From Lama guanicoe (taxonomy: Eukaryota): DNA of 64,000 bases. The notes below the pieces were generated by a model, which was not told the DNA's origin, did not search any database, and saw nothing but the letters and a program-made list of their open reading frames with translations. The stretch's first letter is position 1; each line of letters opens with the position of its first letter. The stretch lies in NCBI GenBank assembly GCA_013239625.1, contig MU053934.1, positions 6,280,399 through 6,344,398 on the forward strand, in the 5' to 3' direction. The translations under genes were made by a program, and so were the position numbers. Positions 1 to 13,638 of the stretch are shown here, in pieces.

Positions 1-40
1 TCTTTTAGTACAGATTTTAAAAAATGTTTCTCTCCTTCAG

Positions 41-227
41 GTTGAAGCTTAAGCTCACCAAAGATGTAGTGCTCACTGTCGGCATTTATAATTTGGTCCA
101 GAAGGCTTTCAGACCTCTTCCAGTGAGGCTTTATCGGGAAACAAATGAACCAGTGAAAACCAAGACCCGGACATTTAATGTAAATACAGGCAGTTTGCTT
201 TTGCCTAGCGACACCAAGAGGGCTCAG
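41..227 (+). CDS. XRCC6: XRCC6/Ku70 internal coding exon (187 bp; equivalent to human exon 7)
   Basis: ccttcag|...ctcag|gtaggt; translates (R)[22 protein letters not shown]...[24 protein letters not shown], recognisable Ku70 core. Confidence 0.97.
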
Positions 228-1680
228 GTAGGTCTGCTTTCTTACTGAATTTTGTCCCGTTGAAGAGTTAAAAGGGAGGGGAGATATAGATATCGGTATC
301 AGTCAGCCTAACCAGTTAAATAACTTTCATGTGTGCATGTTTCTAGCCATGCTGTTGTTATTTCTTTTTGGAATATGGCATCCAGATCAGTAATGCCCTG
401 AGAACCCGAGTGTCAGAGCCAGTATTTGAAAGAGATGTCAGTGAAAACTTCAGCTCTTGGTCGCTCAGCACATGCTGCTCTGAGTCTTAACAGTCTAATT
501 CCTTGCTCAGTACAATAGCAGAAACTGTTGTACAGTCAACTAGGAAGACGAGCAAGGGAAAGTGTGTTGGGTGTGTAGTGCACTTTTTTTTTTAGGGGCA
601 GATTTTTTTTTTTCCTAAACCAAAATGTATTCTGTGCTTTGAAATGATACACACGTGCCTTTCTTAATCTGAAAGACACACTAAGAGTGCAGAACATTAT
701 CCTTCCTCTTCCTCTCACCTTTGTTCAATCTGCAGAGGGATTTGATACCTAAAATTAAAATCAAAAGAGTCATCCTTCCTTTTTAATTATATGAAATGTT
801 GGAGAGAATCTGAGATTTTGTGTAAGTTTGGGACCTAGAAGGATCAACTAAGTGACTAAAATAAAATATTATGTTGATTCAACCCATGAGATGTGTTTTG
901 GAGCACAAATTTCAGGCCAGAGTATCTTGCCCTAATTTTTGGAAGAAGAAGACAAGAAATTTCCTCTTCCCTTTTGGAAGTAATTAGTTTTCCCTGTTGG
1001 CCTGTTCATAGGCAGTAGCTCTTCCGGTTATTGAGTTTCTTTCTTGATCCATTGTGCCTACGGAAAATCTTGAGGGCTCTGTTTTTTCTTCATAAAGCTC
1101 AAATTTGACTCTGTTAAACTAATTGCATATTTAGAATCAAAATGCAAATGTTAAAGTTTGAAAGTAGTATGTGTGTGTGCGTGTGTGTGTCTGCCTCCCA
1201 CACTGACTGAGACCTAGCAGAGTACCTGACATAGGTCCTCTCAATAAATAGGTAAGGTTTGAGCATCCTTTGTGTGTCAGAGATGATGCTGAGGATTTAG
1301 TGCATGTTAAACGAGGGGAGGAATAAATGCTTGAAGAGCATGGCCTTTATCACCAGACAGATGTAGTTTAGTTCAAAGCCCAATTTGCTTGTATAACCTG
1401 GAGCAAGTGACTAACTATTGAGCCCCCAGTTCACGCATCTGTAAAACAGTTTTTAACATCTACTGCCTGGGATTGTTACAGATGATAAATTGGGTGACAA
1501 GTGTGAAGTGCCTGGCTGGCATTCAATAAATGTTAATTCCTGGTGGTAGGAGGAAGAGGTCGCTGGTAAGCCCTCTTCCTCTCCTTAGAAGAAAGCTGAT
1601 TTTAACTTGCTAGTGTCACATGGCAACCATTTTGCATCTCCGAGTAGCCTCGCTATGGGGTGCTTGTTCCTCTCCTATAG

Positions 1681-1849
1681 ACCTATGGGGAACGTCAGAT
1701 TGTCTTAGAGAAAGAGGAAACGGAAGAGCTTAAACGGTTTGATGAACCAGGTTTGATTCTCATCGGTTTCAAGCCCCTGGTAATGCTGAAGAAGCACCAT
1801 TACCTGAGGCCTTCCCTGTTCGTGTACCCCGAGGAGTCCCTGGTAAATG
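1681..1849 (+). CDS. XRCC6: XRCC6 coding exon (169 bp)
   Basis: cctatag|[56 protein letters not shown](G)|gtgagt; in phase with neighbours. Confidence 0.97.
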
Positions 1850-2573
1850 GTGAGTGGCTTTGATTAAATGAATGAGTAATGCCAAAGGCAATTTAGTGAG
1901 CAGCATTTCCTAAGTGGCTGCTGGAAACTGTATAGGATATGTTAATGGGTATTTGGAAAGTGTTTCATGCTCAAATGAGTTTTGGAAATGTGAGACTAAG
2001 CAAAATTACAGAGATTTCTTTAGGACCTATAATACACTGATAGGGATTGTGAATGTCCAGGAGGGGAAATGGATTAGCATTTTTAAAACTTGCTTGCCAT
2101 GGAATTCTTTCTTTGAGGCATCAGATAGAGAGTTTGGGAAAAACAAAAAACAAACCGAGCTTCTTCCCTAGTGTCAGCAATGAAAGATGATATGAACTTG
2201 GCCATTGTGTTTATTTGTGCTTTCCAGACCTGGATTCCTTTGTGCTGTAGCTAATGAACCCCCCGGGTCTGACCTGTCTGGTTTTCATAGCCACTGGGGC
2301 TTATGTCATTAGCCAAATAATAGTAAAAGCAAGCTGATGTTAATAATTCACAGTCCTAAATGGAGTATTTGAGGTGTCCAGTATCTTATTCCTTTCCTTC
2401 TCCTTCCTTTCTATGCCTCTGCTACCCACACTTTCCCCTCAGCTCTGGGTCCATACCTCTTACCTAAGTACTTTTAAGAAAATGAAAGAGAAACTATAGG
2501 CTTATAACATGGGCTAAGAGGGAAGAAAGGAGGAGATCCCTTTATGATGTAGACCCCTGTATTTGCTTTCTAG

Positions 2574-2735
2574 GGAGCTCAACTCTGTTCAGTGCTCTAC
2601 TCACCAAGTGTCTGGAGAAGGAGGTCATGGCAGTGTGCAGATACACACCCCGCCAGAACACCCCCCCTTGTTTTGTGGCCTTGATGCCACAGGAAGAGGT
2701 ACTGGATGACCAGAAAATTCAGGTGGCTCCCCCAG
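2574..2735 (+). CDS. XRCC6: XRCC6 coding exon (162 bp)
   Basis: ttctag|[53 protein letters not shown]|gtatgt. Confidence 0.97.
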
Positions 2736-4179
2736 GTATGTGGAAAAGATAGTTTCAATGTTCTGAACCATGCTCAGGCTTTGGAGGCACTCATGGGATC
2801 CCAGCTCAGACCTGCTGAACCAGAGTCTCCAGGAATGAGGCCTGGGAAATGTGTATTTATTGGGTTGCACAGATGAATTTGATGAACAGCTGGGTAAGGT
2901 TGTCAAATATGATTGTGCAGTACACAGCATGCACAACTGTACCAGGCAGCTCTGCAGCCAGAGTTGAGAATTGACTGCATAGGGACTGTTTGCAGGTTAC
3001 TGACATAAGTTCATAGAGTCTCACTGCTGACACATTCTTTACTAAAGCCATTGTTTGGCACCCTTGTAATGTTTAATAGTTGGTTTGTTGGTTGGTTGAT
3101 CTCCTGTGTATGCCAAGGCAGTGAGGTATAGTGGAATGACTGAGTTTTGAAGTCAGACTTGACTTTGTTTTATGCTTATGTGCTTGAAAGCTCACTTTGT
3201 TTTTGTTTCGGGCCCTTCTCTGTCACTTGTTAGCTGGTCAGCTTGGACAAATAATTTAACTTTTCTATTTATATTCCTTACCTGCAAAGATGAGAATTCT
3301 GGAACATCTTTCTCTCAAGGTTGCCTCACATTTGAAGTAAGCTTATAATAAACATATAAATGTCTAGCACAAAGTAGCCAACAGGCGGTAGTCTTCCTTC
3401 TTTAGCTATGCTAATAAAAATTATAAAGGGACTCTTTGAATGTATTACATTTCTAACCCTGGTCATCAGAATGCTTAGGAACAGCTTTGGACGTCAGTTC
3501 TTCTCTCGGCTCTGTGCTGATGAGGCAGAGACTCTCCAAACACTGTTTCTCCTTTGTCTGCTGGCTCTCGGTCAATAGTAGGTGCCAGAGGGAGACATTA
3601 GGGCATGGGTGAGCTAAGAGACTTGCTCCGTGCCCTTGGCTTTCCCAACAAGGGCTCTTCACCTGGCACCAGCACTTGGTCCCAGTCTCTATATTTTTCC
3701 TATCTCTATATTTTTTTGTTCTTTCTAGAACCAGTCAGCAGAACAAGATCAGCCTGATGACCCTTACAATTAGCATATGGTGGAAGATGGGAGAACAAAG
3801 TGGGGAGAGGCTGAAGCTCAGAGGAGGGCCTGATGGAGCTGGGATATAGCCCTCTGGGGAGGGCGCACTGTCTAGCTGGCTCTGGGTGTATGGAAAAAGC
3901 TGGAGGCTGGATCCTGGCAAGGGCAGCACTGGCAGGAGCAGGGAGTGTCTGAGAAGGAGCACTCCTGCTTTCTGGTCTCCCTCTGGAGACTCCAAAGGGA
4001 GTCTGCTAGGTAGATGCCAACAGGAGTCAGCTGGAAAAGGAGACCTCGGGCCTGCAGGGTCCCAGCCCCACCATCACAGGACACTGAAGGGTGAACTGGA
4101 GCTGAGAGGAAAATAACAACTCAGTGACTGAAACCTTTTGTTAAGTCAAATCTCCAGAAACATTATATTTCTTCCTCAG

Positions 4180-4309
4180 GCTTCCAGCTCATTTTCTTGC
4201 CCTTTGCTGATGACAGACGGAAGGTACCCTTTACTGAAAAAGTCATGGCAAACCCAGAGCAGGTAGACAAGATGAAGGCTATTGTTCAGAAGCTCCGCTT
4301 CAAATATAG
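4180..4309 (+). CDS. XRCC6: XRCC6 coding exon (130 bp)
   Basis: cctcag|[44 protein letters not shown]|gtgagt. Confidence 0.97.
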
Positions 4310-4869
4310 GTGAGTAACAGGTCATTCACAGGCTTTCTTCAGGAACTGCCTCCTGAATTGAAAGTCTGATTGGAAGTTTGAGTTAAGCATAGACCCAGAG
4401 AATGATTCTACTCTCTTCTGTTAACTGATAGATTATTACTTTTTAAAAGCTATACAGAGAATGGAAGGTTTTACATTGAAGACTTTGGAATTGTGCTAAG
4501 TGTTTACAGCTGGTTGACCTGTTGCGCTTAGAAAGCCAGGTTAGTTGAGCAGGCTCAAAAAGCAGCAGTCAGAAGAGGATTCTTCGTTGGCCTTCTTGGT
4601 GGTTGTCACACAGTGAGTAACAGCAAGTAAATCCAACGTAAATTGTCACAGGGTTAAAAGACTTGACTATATAATTCAAGTAGTTTCCTCTTACATATAC
4701 ATAGACCATTTCTCAGAACCTGCGTAAAGGGACAGCAGACAGAATTTTTTCACATTCCATCTTTTGTCTCTAAGGTGCTTCCCTATCTCTGCCTACCTCT
4801 GGGTAAAGTGACCTTCCTCTTCCACAGGAAATCTCCTGGTGTAGTCCTTTACTGGGCAAATGGAAGTGG

Positions 4870-5080
4870 TAAGATTCTGCCATGTGCCAGGCACTGTTCT
4901 AGATACAATTCCAACAGTATCTCATTTATTCTTCATAAAAACCTTGAAAGAACCCTGGAAGTTTTGGTGCCTGTTTACAGATGAGAAAACTGAGGCCTAG
5001 AGGAGTGAGGCATCTTGCCCAGACTCACCCAGCTAGGAGCTGGGGCCAGGATTCAAGTCTAGGACTGTATGACTCTGGAT
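4870..5080 (-). mobile_element. MIR (representative; others at about 1330-1540, 5870-6090, 6530-6730, 9140-9370, 38620-38820, 42510-42690, 54810-55060, 59770-60010)
   Basis: MIR core tttacagatgagaaaactgaggc...cttgcccag...ggggccaggattcaa. Confidence 0.75.
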
Positions 5081-5484
5081 TCTTTCTCTTTTTACTCTCG
5101 TGTTGCTGTCGAGAATGAGAAGAACGAGTACGCAGGCTCATTATCTCCCCACCTCCCACCATCCGTCCTTCGTCTTTTCTCAGTATTGACCTGGCCCTAC
5201 CTCCTCACTTCTCTGCCTGCAGCTTCCAGTGACAGCTGAGCGTGTATTGTTTTGCTTTTAAATTAGCTTGTGGATCTCTAGCATCAGACAATAAATTGAA
5301 AAGTGGAGTGAGAGAAGGTGGCTCATGTGATACGATTCCCAACAGTTTTACTTGGTTTGTTTTTCTCAGCTGACTTTGGACCTGTGCTATCTCAGTTGGG
5401 TTTATTTGATTTTATTATTTTATTTTTTAAATGTTTGCATTTTTATTTTTTAATTTATTCATGTTACTGTTACTGTTTTAACAG

Positions 5485-5585
5485 AAGTGACAGCTTTGAG
5501 AACCCAGTGCTGCAGCAGCACTTCAGGAACCTGGAGGCCTTGGCTTTGGATTTGATGGAGCCTGAACAGGCAGTGGACCTGACAT
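5485..5585 (+). CDS. XRCC6: XRCC6 coding exon (101 bp)
   Basis: ttaacag|[33 protein letters not shown]|gtaagg. Confidence 0.97.
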
Positions 5586-7399
5586 GTAAGGAGGCCGAGC
5601 TGAGCCGAGAGGTTCTTTTCATGGGAGGGTTTCTTACCGATTTTACTCTGGCCCAGGGACATGCATGCATTTCCTAGCACTCTCCAAATACTTAACCTTG
5701 TTGTCCAAATCAGCTCTGCTTGAGAGATTCTCTAGACCAGCTTAGATTGCCTAGGAGCAGATTTGGTTGGTTCTACAGTGAGAGGAGGAGAAAGTGCCAG
5801 GCTTCTGAGACCTGTCTCTGAAGCAGGCCACCTGTGACTGCATGTTGGTGAAAGTTTGAAAAATAATCTGTAACATTTACTGAGTGCTTACTGTGTGCTA
5901 GGCACTGCTGTTCCGTGTGTTGACTCACTTATTTTTCATGACTGTGAGGTAGGTGCTGTTACTGTCCTTATTTTACAGAGAAGGGAGTGATTTGCCTAAG
6001 GCACTAAGTAGTAAGTGATGATCTAGGTACAGAATCCAGTGAGTCTGGCCCAGAGCCCTTGCTCTGAAGCACTGTGCTTACTGCCACTCCATCAGATGGT
6101 GTGCTCTGCCCCAGAAGGTGCACCTCATTACCCAGCATCGAGGAGATCTTCTGGCCTCCTCGGCTGGGGCGCTCTGAGTTCGCTGCTCAGTCTGGATTGT
6201 GACTCTCTCATGTATTTCATAAGAGATTGCATGAAGTTTTGTGATGTAAGTAAATGCCCACTGAAAAGCAGATTGAAGACTATTTAATGAACACTCTTGA
6301 CAGAAGTTGAAAAGATCAGAACATTTCGTTTGGCCTGCTTAGCTTCCCAGCTATGAACAATCTCTCACCCTGGACAGAAGGCCCCAGCATTAAGCATGAG
6401 TTGCTGTGCCTGTGTTGTGGTGGTGGCTATTAGCAGGCCTGGCAGAGGAGGAACCCTTGGGTCAGGCAGCCCATCCCTTCCTTCATGGCCTTCAGGCACA
6501 TCAGGAAGTAAATCACCTGGTCTCTAGCAAGATGGTGAAGGGCACAGACTTTGAAAACAGCAGACGTAGCTAGATTTGAATCTCAGATCTGGCCGCTTAC
6601 TAAATTGAGTGGCCTTGGAATTATAATCTCTCTGAAGCTCAGTTCCCTTATTGGTAAAACGGGGATAATGATCTTGTTCCTACCAGGTGTTAACAAGGTG
6701 TGGGCCCTGGCACTCGGGATGTGCTCAGAACACGGTTGCTGTCCGTCATTCCACAGCCACATGCCCTGCTCCTTGCCAGGGCTGCAGCCTCTTGCATTCT
6801 GGCTTCCGGCCCTATGCTTTTGAGGGAAAGTCTGGTTTTCTCTTTCTACTGTTTCTGCCTCTATTTTCAAAACAATTCTGGCTGCTATAGTATTTCCTAT
6901 AACTTGAATGACTCAGATTCCTATTCTCAGCCCTTTCTTCTCTCCTTTCTTTGGTCACGTTATCCACTCCCACAGCCTCAGGTGTTGCCACATGTGCGCA
7001 GCTCCCAAACTTGTATCTCCAGCCCTGTCCTTTCCTCTGGGCTCTGGCCAGAGCTCGCAGCTGCCCAGTCCCTGGATATCCTGCTGCTCAGACACCTGAC
7101 CCCTTTGACTCTTAGCTCTTTTACATCCCTCGCTCGTTTCTAGTCAGATGTGTCCACTTCTCTCTGACACTGTGATCGGACTTTGATTTAATAAATAACT
7201 TATCAAAGACTCAAAATTGTTTTTCACTTTGTTCTTTTGGCTTTGTCACACTGTACTCTTTCTCCTATGCCTGTGGTGACCATAAGACTTCTTTCCTGGA
7301 CCTGCTTCCTTTTTTCCCCTCTAAACATGGGCATCCGCTAGGAGATCTCGGGCCCCATCTTTCTCTGTTTTCTTCCTAGGTGACCTCGTTCGGCTACAC

Positions 7400-7688
7400 C
7401 AGTGATTCTCAGTGTAGTCCCTGGACTAGCAGCCCTGGCATCTCCTGGAAACTTGTCAAAAATGCAGATTTTGAGCTGACTGAATCTGAAACTCAGATTG
7501 GGGCCCAGCAGCCTGTGTTTAAACACACCTTCCCGGTGATTCTGAGACATGCCACTACTTCAAACACATTGGTTTTCATCTTTGGCTATTCAGCAGAATC
7601 ATCTGGGGAACTTAGAAAAATCTGGCTGTTTAGGCCTCATCCCAGACCAATTAAATCAGAATCTTTGGGGGTGTGATTTGAGCACGTT
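7400..7688. mobile_element. MER5-like hAT-Charlie MITE remnants
   Basis: cagtgattctca...gaaacttgtcaaaaatgcagatt...; ggcctcatcccagaccaattaaatcagaatct. Confidence 0.7.
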
Positions 7689-7700
7689 AGCACTTTTTAG

Positions 7701-8274
7701 CATTTATTTTATTTCATTTTAAAATTTAAAGATAAATTGAAGTATATTGATTTACAGTGTTGTGTAAGTTTCTGGTGTACAGCAAAGTGATTCAGTTATA
7801 TGTATATGTATGTATTCTTTTTCATATTCTTTATCATTATAGGTTATTAGATTCAAGATACTGAATATAGTTCCCTGTGCTAAACACTAGGGCCTTGTTG
7901 TTTATCTATTTTATATATAGTAGTTTGTATCTGCTACTGCCAAACTCCTAACATATCCCCCTCTTCCTTCTCTGGAAACCATAAGTTTGTTTTCTATGTC
8001 TGTGAGTCTACTTCTAGTTTATAAATAAGTTCACTTGTATCATATTTTAGATTCCACATATAAGTGATATATGATAGTTGTCTTTCTCTGTCTGACTGAC
8101 TTAGTATGATCATCTCTGAGTCCATCCATGTTGCTGCAAATAGCATTATTTCATTCTTTTTTATGTCAGAATAGTATTCCGTTGTGTATATATATACCAC
8201 AACTTCTTCATCCATTCATCTGCCAGTGGATATTTAGGTTGCTTCCATGTCGTGGCTAGTGTAAATAGTGCATC
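7701..8274 (-). mobile_element. 5'-truncated L1 (3' UTR) inserted in a MER5-like element
   Basis: Typical L1 3' end (ttgaagtata..., tccatccatgttgctgcaaat...); TSD AGCACTTTTTAG at 7689-7700 and 8275-8286. Confidence 0.88.
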
Positions 8275-9561
8275 AGCACTTTTTAGAAGTCCCCAGGTTT
8301 AGAACCAGAGCTCTAGCAGAGATCCCTGGAACCTGGAACATGGGTCTTCTGACACGGCAGGAGCTCAGTTTGTGACCCTGTGCCATCTCGTAGGTGCACC
8401 ACAGGGCAAGAGCTCCCTTGGTGCTTGGTCATCACGGTCATATGAGGAAGTGTTGAGACACTCATCTCATCACCCTTGCCCTTGGCTTGGCGCAGCTCAC
8501 TGCAAAAGCTCTACAAGCTGTATAGTTGTAAGGTAACAAGAGAGGAAATAAAAATCTTACCTTTCCCGCAGAGCTCCCTTTCCCTGTTGGTCTTGGGGAA
8601 GACTCCTGCCACCCCATCTCCTCCCCCATCCGCTCCCACACCTCTTATTCCATCAGTAAGTCCAGCCAGTTCTGTCCCTTCTCATGTTACAGTCCCATCA
8701 CTGCCCCCACCACACCCCTCTGTCCCCACTGCTGCAGCCTTCTTCTCACCCTCCATCAGTTTATACTCCACACAGCTGGTAGGTGCTCTTCTAAAATGTA
8801 AATCTAATCACATCATCCCCCTGCTCATAGCCCTTTACAGTTTCCCCACTGCTCAGGAAAAGCCCTAATTCTGGGCTGATATTCACCGTGCTTGCCTTTC
8901 CAGCCTCATTGCTGGCCCTGCTCTCCTCACCCTACTTCTAAGCCATGTGTTACCCTCTGTCTCTTGCCCCTCTGCCTTCTCCTGTGTTGACTAGCCTCTG
9001 CCTGAGGAAGAACATTCGGCTCTCTGGACTGTGCCGCAGAGTCATTGCTGACCTGACCCCTCCTGTGCCCCAGTGCCCTGCCCAGCCCTGTTGCATTGTT
9101 TTTACCGCCTCCCGACTAGACTGCAGGCACTGAGGGCATAGACTCTTGTTTGAATCCCCAGAATCTAGCCCAGTTCTCAACTCTGCCACTTCCCAGCCAT
9201 TTGATCTCAGGAAAATCACTCAACCTCTCTGATTGCCACCTTTATAAAATGGGGAGACAAATTTACTTACTCCAGAGATTGTTAGGAGGATTAAATAAAA
9301 AGAGTAATAAGTTTAAAGCATTTAGAAGAGTACCTGGTTGTAGCAAGTGCTTGTTAAATGCAGTTGTTAGAAGGGCCTTAGTGAATGTTAGAGTTAATCG
9401 AATATTTTCGTGGCCAGGTCAGCTGCCTCGTGGACCCTTCACCGACCTCCCGCTGTCTCAGCAATCAGGCATTTTCTTCTCTGGTCCCCATGGAGTTGGA
9501 ACTGGATGGGAAGTCAGGGCTTATGACTCACCGGGCCATCTTTCTCATTTTTATTTTCTAG

Positions 9562-9675
9562 TGCCCAAGGTTGAAGCAATGGATAAAAGACTGGGCTCCC
9601 TGGTGGATGAGTTTAAGGAACTTGTGTACCCACCAGGTTACAGTCCTGAGGAGCAAGTTCCCAAGCGAAAACAAG
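9562..9675 (+). CDS. XRCC6: XRCC6 coding exon (114 bp)
   Basis: ttttctag|[38 protein letters not shown]|gtaagg. Confidence 0.97.
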
Positions 9676-11675
9676 GTAAGGAGCTGGGTGTGGACATTCA
9701 GTGGGTTATTTTTAAAAGTTGGCTTTATGGACCTATCACAGAGGATCATAATGTCCTATAATGTCCTATAGATCCTATAATGACCCTTCAGAAATTTCTA
9801 TACAAACCTACATATTTACATATACAAACATATTTCAGCATACATGGAATAGTACTCACATTGTTTTCTAGTTTATTTTGTTACTCAGCTATATATGTTA
9901 GACGGGTATTTATATGCACACTCCTATACCTACCTCATTTTTAAAAACAAGGCTATCGAGTACTTCATTGGATTGATGCACACAGTTCATTCAATCAGAC
10001 CTTTACTGATGGATATACTGCAGTGGACACGAACCACCACTGCATACTTGTGTGAGCAGATACGTAGGATAAATTCTTATCAGTGGGATTGCCAGGTCAA
10101 GGTACAGACATTTAAAATTCTGGTTAAGAATCGCCAGTTTGCTTCTGAAAAAGTGATACAATTTATACCCTGTCCAAGGAGGGATGGGTGTGTTTCCCTA
10201 TACTTTGACCAATCCTGGACTTTATTTATATGGTTCTTAAAAACAATATTCACCCCAAAAAAGTAGAGGTAAAATAGCTGCTGTTCTGATTCGCGGTTCT
10301 CCTAAAGTTACGAGTGAGATGCAGTTTTATTGGGCCTTTTTTCCTGTGAACTTCCAGTTTGGGGCCTTAACCGTTTTCTCTCCTGGACTGTCCTTTTTCC
10401 TGCCGCTGAACCCAAAGTGTCTTTACTGTGACTCATATTTTTCAGGACAGCACGTTGTGAATGCCTCACCATTTGGGAATAGTTCTGGCTTAGGTTGTAA
10501 TCCTTTCGGCTGACTTTGGTCAAAGAAAGCCAAATTTGCTTGCTTTCCTACAAGGCCCACGAGGATGTGGAGCGATGAGACATGAGGGTGGTGGTCGTGG
10601 TGCTTTCTCCCTTGTGCGTCAGAAATGACTTCCCCAGTGCCCAGTGCGAACTGCTGTCATGGTCGTCACCCCTGCGCACGTGGGATTTATGTGCTTGTTT
10701 ATTTTCCTCAGCCTGCACGTTCTTACCATTCAGCATGGTACCTTGGTACTGGACAAGGTGCTCTAAAATTGCTTTTTTTTGGTTTTGTTTTTTTCCAGTT
10801 TTATTGCAATACAATTGACATACAGTACTGTGTAAGTGTAAGGTGTACAGCGCAGTGATTACACTTCACGTACATCATGAAATGATGACCACAGTAGGTT
10901 TAGTGAACAGCTATCATCTCATATAGAAACAAAATTAAAGAAATAGAGAAAAAAATGTTTTTTTCCTTGTGATGAGCACTCTTAGGATTTACTCTCTTAA
11001 CAATGTTCATTTAAAGCATACTGCAGTGTTAATTATCTTTATCATGTTGTTCATACTGACCTTAGTACTTACTTATCTTATAACTGGAAGTACCTTTGCA
11101 CCTTTTGACTATGGTCACCTAGTTCCTCCTCCTCCCATTTGACAGTCACAAATCTGCTCTCTTTTCCTATGAGTTTGTTCATTTGTTTGTTTTTGAGATA
11201 TAATTGACCCACAACACTGTGTTAGTTCGTGGTACACAACATAGTGATTCAGCATGTTTATACATTTCAAAATAATCAGCATGATAAGTCTAGTTGTCTT
11301 CTGTCACCATACAAAGATATTACATAAGTATTGACTGTATTCCCCACACTGTACATTTCATACCTGTGACTCACTTATTTTGAACTGAAAGTTTGTACCT
11401 TTTAATCTCCCTCACCTATTTTTCCCCTAACCCCAACACCTCCCCACTAGCAACCACCTGTTTGTTCTCTGTTATCTGTTCTCTGTTATCTGACTCTGTT
11501 TATTTATGCTTGTTCATTTGTTGTGTTTTTAGATTCCACATATAAATGAAATCATACAGTATTTGTCATTCTCTATCTGACTTATTTTACTTAGCATAAT
11601 ACCCCCTGGGTCCATCCATGTTGTCACAAATAGCAAGATTTCATTCTTTTTTAAGGCTAATATGCCACTGGATGC

Positions 11676-11776
11676 ATGTGTATGTGTGTGCGTATATATA
11701 TATATATATATACGCGCGCACACACATACACATACATATACATATATATATATATACACACACACATATATACACA
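11676..11776. repeat. Compound (TA)n/(CA)n microsatellite
   Basis: atgtgtatgtgtgtgcgtatatatata...cacacatatatacacac. Confidence 0.9.
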
Positions 11777-12307
11777 CCCCTCACATCTTCTTTATCCATT
11801 CATCTATTTATGGGCGCTTAGGTTGCATCTAAATCTTGGCTATTGTAAATAATGCTGCAGTGAAAATAGGGGTGCACATATCTTTTCAAATTAATGTTTT
11901 CATTTTCTTCAGATAAATACCTAGAAGTGGAACTGCTGGTTTTTACAGTAGTTCTATTTTTAATTTTCTTGAGGAATCTTCATACTGTTTTCCATTATAG
12001 TTGCACCAACTTACATTCCCACCAACCGTACACAAGGGTTCCCTTTCTCCACACTTGTTATTTGATAATAGCCGTTCTGACAGGTGTAAGATGTCTCATT
12101 GTGGTTTTGATTTGCACTTCCCTGTGGATTAGTGATGTTGATCAAAGATGCTTACATGCCTGTTGGCCATGTGTATGCCTTCTTTGGAAAACTGTCTGTT
12201 GAAGTCCTCTGCCCGTTTTTTAATTGGGTTGTTTTTCTGATGTTGAGTTGTATAAGTTCTTTGTATATTTTGATGTGTTTTTTTTCTGTTTTTTTAAAAT
12301 TCTGTGA

Positions 12308-12400
12308 TTTTTTTTTTTTTAATGGAAGTACTGGGGATTGAATCCAGGACCTCGTGCATGCAAAGCATACACTCTATCACTGAGCTATACACCCACCCCC
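12308..12400 (-). mobile_element. tRNA-derived SINE (camelid-type)
   Basis: poly(T)-aatggaagtactggggattgaatccaggacc...actgagctatac; Pol III A/B-box-like sequence on the - strand. Confidence 0.85.
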
Positions 12401-13242
12401 TCTTTATATTTTGGATATTAACCTCTTGTCGGATATATCATTGGCAACTATCTTCTTCCATTCAGTAGGCAGCCTTTTCTTTTGTTAATAGTTACCTTTG
12501 CTGTGCAAAAGCTGTTTTAGTTTGATGTAGTCCCATTTGTTTTTGCTTTTGTTTCCCTTGCCTGAGAAGACATATCCAAAAAATATTGGAAAGACCAGTG
12601 TCAAAGAGCATACTGCCTAAGTTTTCATCTAGAAGTTTTATGGTTTTAAGTCTTACATATAAGTCTTTAATCCATTTTGAGTTTTTAGGGTATGAGAGAG
12701 TACTCTAGTTTGATTCTTTTGCATATAGCTGTCCAGTTTTCCCAGCACCATTTATTGAAGAGGCTGTCCTTTCCCCATTGTATATTCTTGCCTCCTTTGT
12801 CATAGATTAATTGGCCAAATAAGTGAAGGTTCATTTCTGGGCTCTCTATTCTGTTCCATTGATTGATGTCTGTTTTGGGACCAGTACCATACTGTTTTGA
12901 TTACCATGGCTTTGTATTGTAGTTTGAAATTGTAAATGCTTTTTGAGCAAAGAAGGAAGGAATGAAAGACTTGTTCATGCAAAGGAATCAGCAGTTTTGG
13001 ATAAACTGATAGCACTCACTACTTTTAACTTCCTCCTAGATGTGATACACTTTTTATTTTATATTTAAATAAAGATGATGCCTTATCAAGACAACTATCT
13101 TCCCAGTGGTGTTCTAGGTAGGCATCGCAGCTTTATGGAAAATGGTTAACTGCAGCCCAGGTCATATGAGGCCCCCTGTGCAGTATAGCTGGGATCCCAC
13201 TGGTAGCATTTCCAGTCACTCCTACCTGACCTGTTTCCCCAG

Positions 13243-13436
13243 ATGATGAAAGTTCTGGAAGCAAAAGGCCTAAGGTGGTGGTATCTGAAGAGGAGCTGAG
13301 GGCCCATGTCAGCAGGGGCACGCTGGGTAAGCTCACTGTGCCCACACTGAAGGAAGCCTGCAGGGTGCATGGGCTGAAGGGTGGGCTGAAGAAGCAAGAG
13401 CTGCTGGATGCGCTCACCCGGCACTTCCAGGACTGA
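13243..13436 (+). CDS. XRCC6: XRCC6 last coding exon (C-terminal SAP domain), stop TGA 13434-13436
   Basis: tccccag|[64 protein letters not shown]. Confidence 0.97.
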
Positions 13437-13632
13437 CCGGAGACCGTGCAGCCAGTCACCGTTTCACATGTGAGCCAGGCTGCCTGGTTTTGTTTTTATA
13501 AAGTTAAAACACCTTTCTCCTGAGCCAAGAAGAGTCTGCCTGACAGAAGCCAAGGACCTTACGTTTATGAGACTTTCTGTTGCCATGGAGAGTGTACCCC
13601 TCCCACTTTGCCGTGCCTTACTCTACTGTCTG

Positions 13633-13638
13633 AATAAA
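13633..13638 (+). terminator. XRCC6 polyadenylation signal AATAAA
   Basis: AATAAA about 200 nt after the stop, followed by T/GT-rich sequence. Confidence 0.75.

Larger units (their letters stand above)
10790..12935 (-). mobile_element. L1 fragments (3' UTR and ORF2 3' part) in the last XRCC6 intron
   Basis: L1 3' UTR motifs; reverse-strand ORF2-like peptide [12 protein letters not shown]; nested SINE and microsatellite. Confidence 0.85.

Noticed and set aside
7994..8215. ORFs with FAATWMDLE-like peptides (also 11529-11777, 63711-63962, 44675-44875)
   Set aside because: Translations of L1 remnants, not host genes.
9150..9761. 203-aa ORF in XRCC6 intron/exon
   Set aside because: Chance read-through of a MIR and intron into the true 114-bp XRCC6 exon.
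9748..9784. Short tandem duplications (ataatgtcct x2; also tgttctctgttatc x2 at about 11463-11490)
   Set aside because: Ordinary slippage duplications with no further structure.
12308..12400. tRNA genes (also about 15993, 26620, 27392)
   Set aside because: tRNA-like heads with A-rich tails, some with clear TSDs, are SINEs; no intact cloverleaf seen.
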